Source of the DNA: Antedon mediterranea
Taxonomy: Eukaryota > Animalia > Echinodermata
Assembly (NCBI RefSeq): GCF_964355755.1
Contig: NC_092674.1
Span: 3,100,001-3,164,000, forward strand
Direction of reading: 5' to 3'
Length of the DNA: 64,000 bases
Below the pieces are notes generated by a model. It was not told the origin of the DNA. It made no database searches and saw only the letters and a list, made by a program, of their open reading frames with translations. Position 1 is the stretch's first letter. The number at the start of each line of letters is the position of its first letter. Shown here in pieces: positions 1 through 12,200 of the stretch. The translations under genes and the position numbers were made by a program.

Positions 1-1034
1 CACTGATTAAAATTATCCCGATACATACTTAATTATTGTCTAACAGAGTTTAATGAAGGACATTTAAATAAAAAATGGTTTACTGTTTCTTTTTCGTTTG
101 TACTGTACACATCTTACATAATCCTGTGTTATGATTTGACCAGGATTTTCTACGACCCTCAAGATCTAGAGAGTTTGATCTTGCTTTAAATTTTAAATTG
201 ATACTCTTAAAATTAGTTTTATCTAACAAATATTGTTCAAGGTTTGGTTCCTTTATACATAGTATATTCCGTTAACGTTGTTTTGCATGGAATTTTGTTT
301 TGCTTTGGGCCTTTGAAAACCACTCGTTATGATCAACTTGTTTTTTATTTTTCCTAAATGGCTTTATCCAGTTAGTAGATGGTTCTTCATTAAATTTGTC
401 TATACAATTTGTTTTATATAAAATATATTTAGTTAATATAGTAATATTGTAACAAAATCTTGGCATTCCCTAACACAGTAGGCCTACCTAATAATAACAT
501 GCCTTTTTAACATGCTAGTTTTTGATGTTCTGTATTGTTCCTTGTAGTTTGTACTGTAGGTTACATAACAGAACAATTGTATTGTCTTCCCATTAATATA
601 GACACCCTTCTCTACATAAAACATAATACACCACACCCCTATCATAATAATGGTATAGTCCAGATAAGTCGAGGTGGCCGAAAAAGGCACCTGATCCCTC
701 TAAATCATAAATTGTTCATTCAAAAAATGAAAAAAAAAAACATGAATTAAACATATTACTATAGGCCTATTAAAACCCGTAACACAAGCAGGATTAAAGT
801 TCAGTAACATAGAATTGACTTTTATCAATCTGAGCATCTTGATAACAGATGAGTATAGTTTACTTTTTCACAGAACTTTGTTGACAGTCCAAATGAATAT
901 AAACAGTAAATATCAATCAACAATATTAAAACGACATGGACCTATTATGACCCAGGCCAGCAACGTTGATGTTAGTTAGCCGTTGTTAATTATGACTATT
1001 ACCTATTGTAATTATACTGTAGATAAAACTCACG

Positions 1035-4000
1035 ATGTATAAAGGCGAGAGTTATCCGGTAAGTCAGTTAGGTCGAGAATTGAGGAAACGAAGGAATTAG
1101 CTGCACATAGAATCGGCCATGCAACGATTTATCATTATTCATAATATCATAATGCATAATCACTATCATCATCATCATAATCACAGCATGCCTACCACTT
1201 TATAATCAAAGCATGCCTAAACCGTAACCTCCTTCATCATAATCTGCGCCCATTAATCGGTATCATGAGTATTACTAGTTGCAATCATAACTCATCATCA
1301 TTCATTATATCAAACGCCTTTTCCCCTTCCATATTAGTTATCTTCCTCAAAATCATTCAAATATTATCCTTTCTTTTTATAAATTCATATTTATCATAAT
1401 TAGGCCTACTGTATTTTTATAGATTCTGGGATTTAAAGACAGACGTAATTCAAAATCCACTCCACACATTGCCGCCGGAAATGAGATTGAATCCTATTTA
1501 TTCGCTGCCAACCCGGCTGCCAACAGACGTCTATCTGCCAGTGAACCAAGAACACTATCGAATCTTTCCGACATTGAATATAGTCAAGAATTGACATTCG
1601 GAGAAGATGAAAGCAGTATTGCAAGATTTAGCAAAGTAAGCTAACAGTTTATTGTTCCCTATTTTGTCTACGCAACGGAAATTTACCAATCACATTTGCG
1701 ATAACTCGGATCGCGTCGTGATTGGTCAAATTACATGCGTTGTGCTTAGTACGTAATTCACTTCTCTAAAAGTAACTTTACCAATCACGACGCGATGGAC
1801 CTTCTCAACTGTTGCTTGCGGATTGGTCACACTTCATGTGTTGCGCTTACGTCGTGTGTCGTCAAAGTGGAAACCAAGCTTGTTTTTAAAAAAACATTTA
1901 ATATTGTTTGCCGTTTCTTTTCTAATTGTGGCCAGAGTTTTTTTTTTTTAGGACGAACTCTCATCGGATTCGTATTCGGAGCAAGTTCACAATGGGGAAG
2001 AATTACAAGCCTGTAAAAAAGCTGTAGTTAAACCATATCAAACATTACTAACCCTTGTAAGTATTACAGTTTACGATACCACATACTTCAACTTATTTTC
2101 CAAATCGCACGAGATTAAATTATAAAGTAAATATTTAAAATGAAGCAAAACGGAGAGGAAAACCAAAAGAGCAATGCTCGTTCGTGTGGCTACCTTACCA
2201 CAACGGAATATGTGGTTCCTTATGTCACTCGAGTTAAAGGTAATTGTAATATAGAATAATATTTGGGTCATTTGGGTCTTGGTTTCAATAATCAATAATC
2301 TATCATTGTAACCTGATTGATAGTTGACTGGATTACGTGTTCCCGAGTCCATGTTGAACTTTGGGATGGATATCTGTCTGACCGGTCACAATAAACAATT
2401 CCATCTTTTTATTAAGGTTCTACCAATAAGGCATTAAGCTCTGTCTACACTATCAAACTAGTTTGACAAAAAAGTGTGATGTACCCAAATATGGTACAGT
2501 GATATGCCCAAATATGGTAGTGATATGACATCATCATGTCCACATATGGGCACATTTTGTCACATGAAGTTTGATAGTGTAGACATAGCTTTAGATTGAT
2601 TGACCAAATTTATCAGTATACCTAAATCTAACTAATTCATTTACTTTCACTGAACATTATAATATTGTCATACTAATAACAAGAACACATGTACATGTTG
2701 TTCAAATAAAACTCAAACAAAGCAATCAAGCTACTAGCATGATGATTGCATGATGGATCTTACTGAGAAAATATTTAAATTTAAAATCGTATTATAAACT
2801 TACTCCATGTTCTGTTTTTCTATTTTAAAGCTTGGTTGGCGACCGATATTTAATGAAATACCTTTTCAAAGAAAACAAGCGAAATGCACGTCTTTTATCA
2901 ACTTTCTTTATCCTGTTTTAGTCTTCTCCCTGATGGTGCTCAGCTTTATTCTGCAGTTTGCATCGTGTTTTCGTGTAAATGTTAATATTCCTCAAAAGGT
3001 AAAGCTCTGTCCACACTATCAAACTAGTTTGAGAAATATAGTGGTATGCCGTCATCGTATAGGCACATCACATTTGTATGTCTCATACAGTTTGATATAA
3101 GCATGCATGACAGAGAATGTAATGTCAAGTTCGCTTATTTATATATCTAATAATATTATCAAATTGGAGTTTCCCTGCACTCGATTATCTAGAAAAGTGT
3201 TAACAATAAAATCTTATTCTATTAAGAAAAATGCATCTTGTGCTGGCCACAAACTATTGGACTGCCAAGGATCTATGTTCAGTCAATACCTCATCCCGGA
3301 CATACTCTATTTGTCAGCATACGTGTATGCATATTACATCTACAGAGTGTGGGACAAAGACCAGCTTCAGACTCTCATTGAACGGGTTAGTCAATCGATC
3401 ACACAATCTTTCTTTCTTTCTTTCTTTCGTTATTTCTTTCTTTCTTTCTCTCTTTTATCTTTTTTTCTTCCTTTCTTTTGTCAAACCAGTTTGATAGTGT
3501 GCACCGAGTTTTCGAATAACTACAATACATTTACTATAATAACATTTCTTCAATCAGGTCTTCCTGAAGACTGGTTCCAGTAGCATCTCTTCGCAGCTAT
3601 TGGCAAAAAGACTTAAAGCATTTGTCGGCCTAGGATTCGTCTGGATTGTCTGCACTATCAGTGTACAGGTCTTACACGTGGTCGCTGAAGAACAGATGTA
3701 TTTTACTTTTCTTCATGTCAGGTAGGCCTAAAATTAGGAACGTGGGTTAGAAGAGGAGGGTGGATGTGGGAATAATGGTGATGGATATCGACTAAAATGG
3801 TAAATAAATATGATATGTGAAGAGACTATAATCTATATAGTTAGTTTGCTATTCAAAAAGATTCTAGAGAAGAAAGATTGGAATCACTGTCAGCAGACAA
3901 GAACCTGCAATGCTGTTTATTGTCTCTAGACATAATACCGCAATGGTATTCTGTCTCTAAAATAACACCAATTTAATTTCCAGAACTAATGCTCAGTACT

Positions 4001-6162
4001 ATACGCTTGTGGTCTTAATGCTAATCGGATGCGTAATTCTCGATATTGTCTACGTCACCGCAATAATTGATTACGTCACACAATGTCAACTGTTAATTTT
4101 TTTACTACGTTGTTTGTGTGAACGCGTGAGACAAAGAACAGTTGACATCGATGAAGCTATTAAAGTAAGTTTTTTTAAATGTTTTTTTGTAAATGCGACT
4201 TGTGAATTGAATGATAATAATAATATTAATAATTATCGTTATTATATGAATAATAGCGTAATAATAATTATGAATATGGATTACCACCTATCTGATGGGA
4301 CAGTGATTAATTTACTATTGGTAATCCTTGGCCACATTGCATAAAGACATAAAATAAATAAATAAAATAAATGTTTGAAATACATAAACATTATAACCAA
4401 TGTACCCACCGTTTGAAACTAAATCCACAGGATATCCAAGAGGCAGAGACGCTGTCCCGATTGGTCAATAGTCGCATTGCGTCATGCATATCATTACTTT
4501 TATTCAACATGGGCTTAACTGCTGTGTTAGGTATGCTAACTTCACTTGTATCTAATGAGTAGGATAGTAATGATTAATATGTATAATGACAATAAAGTGA
4601 AACAATCCATAACCCAGCAGCATAATTATTGCGTTATCATTTTTCATTGGTCGTCAGATTGTGTAGCATTTGCTGATGGTCGACTATTAGATTTTACCAA
4701 CATTATGTACGTTGCCAGTCTTTGTGGTTTTGCCGTCTGGCTCTGTATAGCTGTTACACCGTTCATGCAGGTATTTTTACATTATAACGAAATAGAATAT
4801 TTCTCACTCCTAAGGACGATCAAAACACATTGATTGAAACATCGGGAAACTCAACAGTTCATTTCATAATTAAATATACGTGGTGTACCGCAAACTTTTT
4901 ATCAACAGAACATTTCTCATTATCAATCGATGTGTAGCAACAAACACACACGTGATGCAATAAATGTCCCTTTTCTTTTAAAAGTGTAAAGGTCTGTCTA
5001 CACATCAAACTTGATGTTACAATATTATGATGTGCCCATAATGAAGATACGATGACGTATCACTGCCATATTTGGGCACATCACACATTTTTGACAGTGT
5101 AGACAGAGCAGTATGATGTCTGTACTCTGTGCGTCGTATACTCTGTAATCACTGTCGATAGAGATTGATCCAAGGGTGTATGGTACGTGGATTCCACCGG
5201 GTGCACCCTCCCACTGATTCAGAGTTTCTAAGTGTTTCCAACAACACTTGCTATAGTTGCTCACAATAATAAACTATTTATACTTTAATTTGTCATTGTT
5301 TACAACTCTTCAACTCTGTATATTTGATGAACACTTAAGCTTAGTTTCCACTAGAACGCAACGCAAGGACGTAAGCCGCAACGCAAGCGAATTGACCAAT
5401 CCAAGCGATGGATTATTCGAACCGTTCCTTGTGATTGGTCAATTCGCTTGCGTTGCGGTTTACGTCCTTGCGTTGCGTTCTAGTGGGATCCAAGCTTTAG
5501 ATATACCATACGTTATTCTTTGTCATCCAGGCTGCTCGTCTTAACTCGGCTTGTCGGACAGTGACTACATTGGGGCACGAGATACGTTCGAGACCGTTCG
5601 GCTTCCAAGACGTACGTACTAACGTGCTGGATTCATTTATATTGTATACGTCTACTATTACGTTTAAGGTAAGGTGCAAACAATCTTTAAAAATAATAAC
5701 ATCTTGACAATTTTTACAAACATCCAAGTGTGGTAATACCAAGCTATACCGCAGATTTAGTAAATGTCGGTAACAGAATGTACCAGTTTAGTAAACTACA
5801 GGACAACAGGATGCTGAGCTCTGATCAAATCAGATCAAATGGCTGCGACGCGATCAGTCCCCACGCTCAACAAACACCACGCGCCGTGATTATGTACCAT
5901 GAGAACTGTTGGTATTTGTCGCAGCCAGACATAAGATCAAAGCTTTTAGATGGCGAGCTCAGTGTCCTGTTGTTAGATTGCCTTGATAATACTGCAGTTT
6001 ATATTATCTTATTGGAGAATATTAAATATATTGTTTGTTTATTTGCAGGCCAAGTTGTTTCGTACCACCGTCAACACATCGTTTCTATGCATTTCGTTTA
6101 CTCTGATATCATTTACACTTCTGTTCCTCTTTCAAATGGAGTTTCTCTACGTTTCGAATTGA
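1035..6162 (+). CDS. Gustatory receptor-like (Grl / 7TM ion channel superfamily) multi-pass membrane protein, ~492 aa, 11 exons
   Basis: Exons joined in one open frame at GT-AG sites: 1035-1058 (MYKGESYP), 1423-1635, 1952-2056 (ELQACKKAVVKPYQTLLTL), 2831-2998 (LGWRP...), 3227-3385, 3558-3721, 3984-4164, 4431-4530, 4658-4770, 5531-5668, 6049-6162 (...SFTLLFLFQMEFLYVSN*). About 7 hydrophobic segments, no signal peptide, GR-like C-terminus (LDSFILY...KAKLF...hhhhhQ), last introns phase 0. The exon structure is solid; the family call is by motif recognition only. Confidence 0.75.
2436..2591. mobile_element. MITE family A (TIR aagctctgtctacactatcaaact)
   Basis: TIRs plus internal 20-mer gcccaaatatggtagtgatat; further copies near 3001, 4990, 6784, 7495, 8393, 12122, 24113, 52232 and 63326. 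Confidence 0.8.
5337..5497. mobile_element. MITE family B (palindromic; aagcttggttcccactag...gcaacgcaa)
   Basis: Near-perfect hairpin; related copies at ~1650-1880, ~7075, 12710-12852, 15302-15511, 26600-26862 and 29098-29360. Confidence 0.75.
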
Positions 6163-7494
6163 AAATGAATGACGCTGATGCAACACGGACGAACGTTATT
6201 GTAAAACTAGCTCACGGATTGGTTATTTTCAGTACGCACAACAGTTTGGCTTTGGCTTGCGGAAAACGCGCGCGTACGAATAACAATTAGACACTGTGCG
6301 CCGATTCCATGATACAGTATACAGAGAAAAAGTGTAAGATTACGACACTGTTCTACATTGACTTTTTAATGCCAGAGAGATGATTACAACACTTTTGTTA
6401 ATCGATCTCTAGTTCTAGATAATGTCCGAACGATTATAAAATCGAACACTGGGTTTGGAATTGATGGTGGTTAAAATTTGCCATCATATACTCCACGGAT
6501 ATGCAAGCTTAGGACTCCTTGTCCTAATATGGTAATGTGATGATGAATAAAGAGATATTATGAAGGAAAGGATGATTACGAGGTATAGTGTTAAATAAAT
6601 ACAAAACAAAATCTATAATTCTCCCGTGTTATTTACATCAATTACAACGTATATCGTATGTAGTCTTTTTTCACTTGGCTTAAACAATTGCAGTAGGCCT
6701 AAATTAAAATAATACGTAACTCAACGTTTCTGCTTCGTTTGCGGTTTTTCCCCAAAAAAATGTATTATTAGAGCATTGGCTTATGCTCTGTCTACACTAT
6801 CAAACTAGTTTTACAAAAAAAAAGTGTAATGTGCCAAAATATGGTAGTATTCATCATCATTTGTTTGTCACATAAAGTTTGATAGTGTAGACAGAGCTTA
6901 ACCATATATTTTTATCGAACAACTAACCTTGATCAATAATGCATGTAATCAATAGCTAATAATATTCAATCAGTCAATAATTATATTTTTAGCCACACGA
7001 ATTTATCATCACGTTCATGGTCCTTTAATAAGTAGAACCCCTATTTTGGCACATCCCTATTAGGGGAGACACCTTAAGCGTGGTTCCCACTAGCGACGTA
7101 AAGGACGTAAAGCAACGCAAGTGAAATGACCAATCACAAACGATGGCTTATTCGCTTGTGAAGTCAGGGATATGGTGTTCTGTGAAACAAGCAAGGGGGA
7201 AATGGTTTAAAACTACAGCCAACCCATTTGGCTTAAAGATTTATAAAGGCAGGCGGAAATGGCTGGAATAATTGTGGTATGTCACTCTAAAAAAACAAAA
7301 ACAATATTGTGTACACTTAAAAGTAGCCTTAATCTAAATGCCAACTTAATGTCAATGGCTACCAGATGTCTCTATGAAGATGGTTACCTGAACCTGTACC
7401 AGGAGGTGATCCTTTAGGTTTCTATTTTTAACGGCTAGACGTTTCTTTTGGTAGGTCGTTCTGACTTGCTATATACAGAATACTGTAATAACCT

Positions 7495-7686
7495 AAACTA
7501 GTTTGGTAGTAAATATGCCCAAATATGGTAGTGATATGCCCAAATATGGTAGTGATATGCCCAAATATGGTAGTGATATGCCCAAATATGGTAGTGATAT
7601 GCCCAAATATGGTAGTGACGTGACATCATCATGTCCATATATGGGCACATTTTTTAACATAAAGTTTGATAGTGTAGACAGAGCTT
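7495..7686. mobile_element. MITE family A, 5'-truncated, with expanded 20-bp array
   Basis: (atgcccaaatatggtagtgat) x5 followed by right TIR agtttgatagtgtagacagagctt. Confidence 0.75.
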
Positions 7687-7893
7687 AAGGAACAAAAGTT
7701 TCTTATATTAAAAACGATTAGAAATACGAAATAATTTTGTAACTTCTCAGAAGAAAAGCAAATTAAATAACAATTTAAAATCTTTTTTAATGATTATTGT
7801 AACATGATTTAAATTATTATTTAATTAAAATGAACAGCACCATTCTAAAAACCATGTACAATGGGTTACTGCAGTAATTGTAAGTTAAGTTAA

Positions 7894-8028
7894 AGGACTA
7901 TATTACCGAGAACCATTAAAAAAAGTTACTGTTGGCGATATTATAAATCTCGCAATTGTTCTGAAATCATATACAGTACATCATTCCCTAATACGTTGTC
8001 AAAATATGGTTCTCGGTAAAGTTGTCCT
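7894..8028. mobile_element. Small TTAA-flanked MITE (Kolobok-like)
   Basis: ttaa|aggactatattaccgagaacca ... tggttctcggtaaagttgtcct|ttaa. Confidence 0.6.
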
Positions 8029-8392
8029 TTAATTAATAATAATGTAATGTGTTTTTTCACTCATATTAAATCTAAATAAAAGCAAAATAGTATTATAGTA
8101 GATGCAACAGTGCAATAATTGCAATAATAATTACTGCAGTAAATTACAAAATTACTGCAGTAAATGAGTAGCTTTTACAACTTAAATTATAAAACTAAAG
8201 ATAGCACATACAAAAGTTATTGTTAGTATCTTTCTATTTGGCAAACAAATGACTTATATTGGAAATCTTGGTAAGCATGCTCAAAACAAACGTTTTGCCA
8301 TCAATTTGTTCATTTCACTGAGCTTTTACGGATATGAGAAAAATCTCTAATTTGAGTAAATAATATATGAAAGATATAATTCGGCTTTACTT

Positions 8393-8556
8393 AAGCTCTG
8401 TATACACTATCAAACTAGTTTGACAAAAAAGAGTGTGATGTGCCCATATATAGTAGTGATATGACCAAATATGGTAGTGATATGACATCAGCATGTCCAT
8501 ATATGGGCAAATCACATTTTTTTGTCCCATAAAGTTTAACAGTGTAGACAGAGCTT
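8393..8556. mobile_element. MITE family A
   Basis: Complete TIRs with ttaa context at both ends. Confidence 0.8.
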
Positions 8557-9243
8557 AAAATGCTTACAAACTCTAATGATGCCAACCCTGCCTTATACAG
8601 ACTCCTAATGACTCCACCCGATCCATCCTTTCTAAATAGAGACCCCTAAATGATTTCATCTCACCCTTACACAAACTCTTAATGTATCCCCAGGCGCTAC
8701 ACAGGCACCCTTCAGCTGATTTCCCACTAAGCGCTTTTTGTTCGTGCGAATCGAAAGCGCCAGCTTATACGCATTTGTATTCATGTTTCCATCTCACAAA
8801 TCCCTCTCTGTGCATGCGTATAAGCTGACGCTTTTGATTGTCACAAACAAATTTTCCTAGTGGACACTTGGCTTAAAGGACTCAACCCATCCTTATTCTA
8901 AATGTGCACTCCTAAATGACTGAATCCCACCCTAATTAATGTAAATTTTTTGTTTAATTAAACCCACACAAACCTTCTTTTTAAAATAATTATCACTTTA
9001 AAAAAAGTATTTAAATACATGCACTTTATATTAAAGGATACATTTTTATATATTATACAAAAATAAAATAAATTTTTCATTTATTAAAAGAAGCTTAAAC
9101 AAAACAAAAATTTTATTTAACTTTGAAATTATTATTACCCTTTTCTTCAAAGTGGGAGAGAGTTCCCTTATCTTGTTTCTCGATTTCTCGATTGATTTGT
9201 TTTGATTTTCGTTCGATTTGTTTTGATTTTCGTCAGATTTGGT

Positions 9244-12200
9244 TTATGGATTAATGATTTCAAATTCTTCGTCTGAGTCCATTTCTATGTCAGCATCATC
9301 AATATGTAAAATATCAGATGCTAAAAGAGACAAAACAGAGATGAACATTTTATTTTTCACAATATTTACTTAAAACTCTTTTACATCCATCCAATACCAT
9401 AAATGATGCAATTTCTTGTTTAAAGGCATCAGTGCTTCTCTATAGGAACATAAAGTAGGTTATTGAATTTTTTATCTGTGGCCCTCTCTCTCGGAGTCGG
9501 ACAGAAATTGTCAATATAACACAGGATTTGCAACGCTAAATATATAGATTAGTAGGGTAACATATTTATTATAACCAAGGCAATCTAACAACAGGACACA
9601 GAGCTCGTCTTGCCAAGCTATGAACTCGTAACAGTCCTTTGATCTTATGTCTGGCTCTGACAAATACCAACAGTACTGTGCATGTACATATTCTCAGGAG
9701 TTTCTGTTAAGGGGTGTGAAACTGATCGTGTCACAGCCACAGATAGACTGCCTTGTAATGTACTGTTGTTCGATTTATATAGCGCTTATACAATCAAAAG
9801 ATTGTCCCAAAGCGCTGGGGGAAGAAACAGAAAGAAATTACAAAGAAAAAAGATAGGTTTTCAAAAATATTTAAAAAAACTATGATAGATGATATCTTAC
9901 TGTTGAGACTTGAATCCAAGGAACCAGGAGGCTCAAACGGAGGCCAATGAGGGGGCCTTAAATCTGTTAGTTCAAACACTGGACTATGATCTCCAATTGT
10001 CACAAGCTCTTTCACTTCTTTACACCAATTATCAAAATCGTCTTCATCTTTACAAAAAAATCCCTTTAATGATAAGAAATTGTTCAAACTTTTTTAGGAA
10101 TCAAATTAGAAGAAAAAATACTTGTCTCATAAGATCCTAAATAAACATAAAAAGCACAAGCAACATCAATATTATGTGGTAGATCTACTTAACAATTTGA
10201 AATTGCCATTTAACTAATTTTCTAAAAATGATTAAAGGCCAACTTACACAAACGAGAGATAACGGTAATAAAAATATAGAATCTATGTTATTCTTTGTGA
10301 CCATTTTACACAAAGTGCAAAGCGGACAGGCAGTTTCTGCTAAGGATAGATACAAATTCTACGTTGGACCAGCTACAGGGTTTTCTGCTTATCGTTACTG
10401 CTCGTCTGTGTAAATTAATAGAGTTTTACAGTGTACACTTACTAACGCTATTGATGGGTCCAAGTCTTTAATTTGCATTGTTGAGGAGTGGTAACAATGA
10501 TATGAGTCATCACTAATATGGTCCCACTTGTCCTCCACTACTGGAATTTGGGTCGTGTGCGGGTCGAGGTAGAGAAGTAATTCCCCTAAAAAAAAAAACC
10601 CAAAATACTTCATGTTAATTTAGATTATTATTTTTTTTTATTTCATGCAGTGCTGTAGCCACAAGAAATAAAGTGGTGAGCTGTTCGAAAGGAAAGAAAA
10701 CAATCTCTGTTGAAGCCACAGGGTTGTCAAAGGTCTCTGTGAAAAAGTGGTCAGGTTGAGACCTTATACAACCGTACTGGTGGTTAAGGCCCTGTTAGGG
10801 GTGGGGTGATTTGTACAGTTTAACATTTTTAGGCTATTTTAAAATCCTGTGTCTGTCAGGAATTTTTTAAAACCATTTAAACCTAGTCGTGTTGAATTAG
10901 CCCCTGACATCACAGGTTAATTCATTTCACTTATTTCTTTTATAAAAGCAAAGACAATATGACAAACAGTTGCCATGGAAAGAAGAGAGTAAAACGAAAG
11001 AGTGACATGAATTCAATACAAAAAAAATATAAATTACATATGAATTATTGTAAAGTTTATAATTTACGACAAAATATTCAAGATTTCATTGAATTTGCAA
11101 TAATTTGTTCTACTCTCAGTATGTCTAGGAAATAATATGTTTCTTATCTGTTTAGTGATATTTAGAAATTTTAACATTATTATTTTCATTTAATAATCAT
11201 TTTCATAATAACTGCTTTCACTTTGCGTTATTAAATTTAAATAGTAATGTAATATACTTCAATTTAATCAGATTAGCAGGAAGATTCTTGTAAAGAGAAA
11301 AAAAAACTCACTCACCAACGCAACCAATGAAATAATGAGCATGATTTGGCTTGCCTCCAATCACTCCCAGGGTCTGTTTCAACGTGAAGCATTTCTTCAA
11401 AGCTTTCACATACACAGAATTGATCTCGTTAAGGCCTAGCCTGAGGGGAATGAACAGCACAAGCGGCTTCCACTTCTTTTTAACCTGACCGGATACTGCT
11501 GCCTTCGCTTTCTGTTTACTAGATTTGCTCTTTCCTTTGGTGGTAGGGCTTTTGATATCTTCATTAATAACGCATAGTGTTTCTGCAAGAAAGGACATTT
11601 ACATTTTTTTTTATTCAATATATTATACAGAGGCACCTCAAAAGGTGGAACCACCCTAGCTTCAAGGAGCCTCATATAACAAATACAAAATTTAAAACAA
11701 AAAACATCAATCAAATCCTCCAGAATTAATAAGAAATTGTTGTACATAATAAAACAACAAAGCATTTTCACAATATCGAAAGATCGGGGGGCTAAAAATA
11801 AAAATTTCACTTCAAAATTTAAAATTATATGTTTTAATTACAGTAAGTTAGCGATTACTTACAAGTAGAACATCTCTTTGTGTATTATAACATTTAAACA
11901 TTTAAAGTTAGTGATGGCATAAAGTTTTTTCACGGTGGCCGATCTAGAGGAGGTTATTTTGAGACTATCCTAGAATCATGATGGTTTGCATGGTGGAACC
12001 AGGGATCTCCTATAAAAAAAGGTCTACACCCATTATAAATATTTTACTCTAATAAGACTGTTCCTAACTTAAGGGCAAACAAAAAATACATTTTATTGCA
12101 GTGAACCCCTCCCCAAACCTAAAGCTCTGTTCACACAAACTAAAGTGTGATGTCACAGAGTTTGATACTGATAGTGTAGACAGAGCTTAACACCAACTCC

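Noticed and set aside
5730-6290. 186-aa ORF
   Set aside because: Mostly intronic repeat sequence; the real last exon (6049-6162) is in a different frame.
7503-7688. ORF with MPKYGSD repeats (also the ORFs at 24137-24410)
   Set aside because: Translation of the MITE internal tandem repeat, not a gene.
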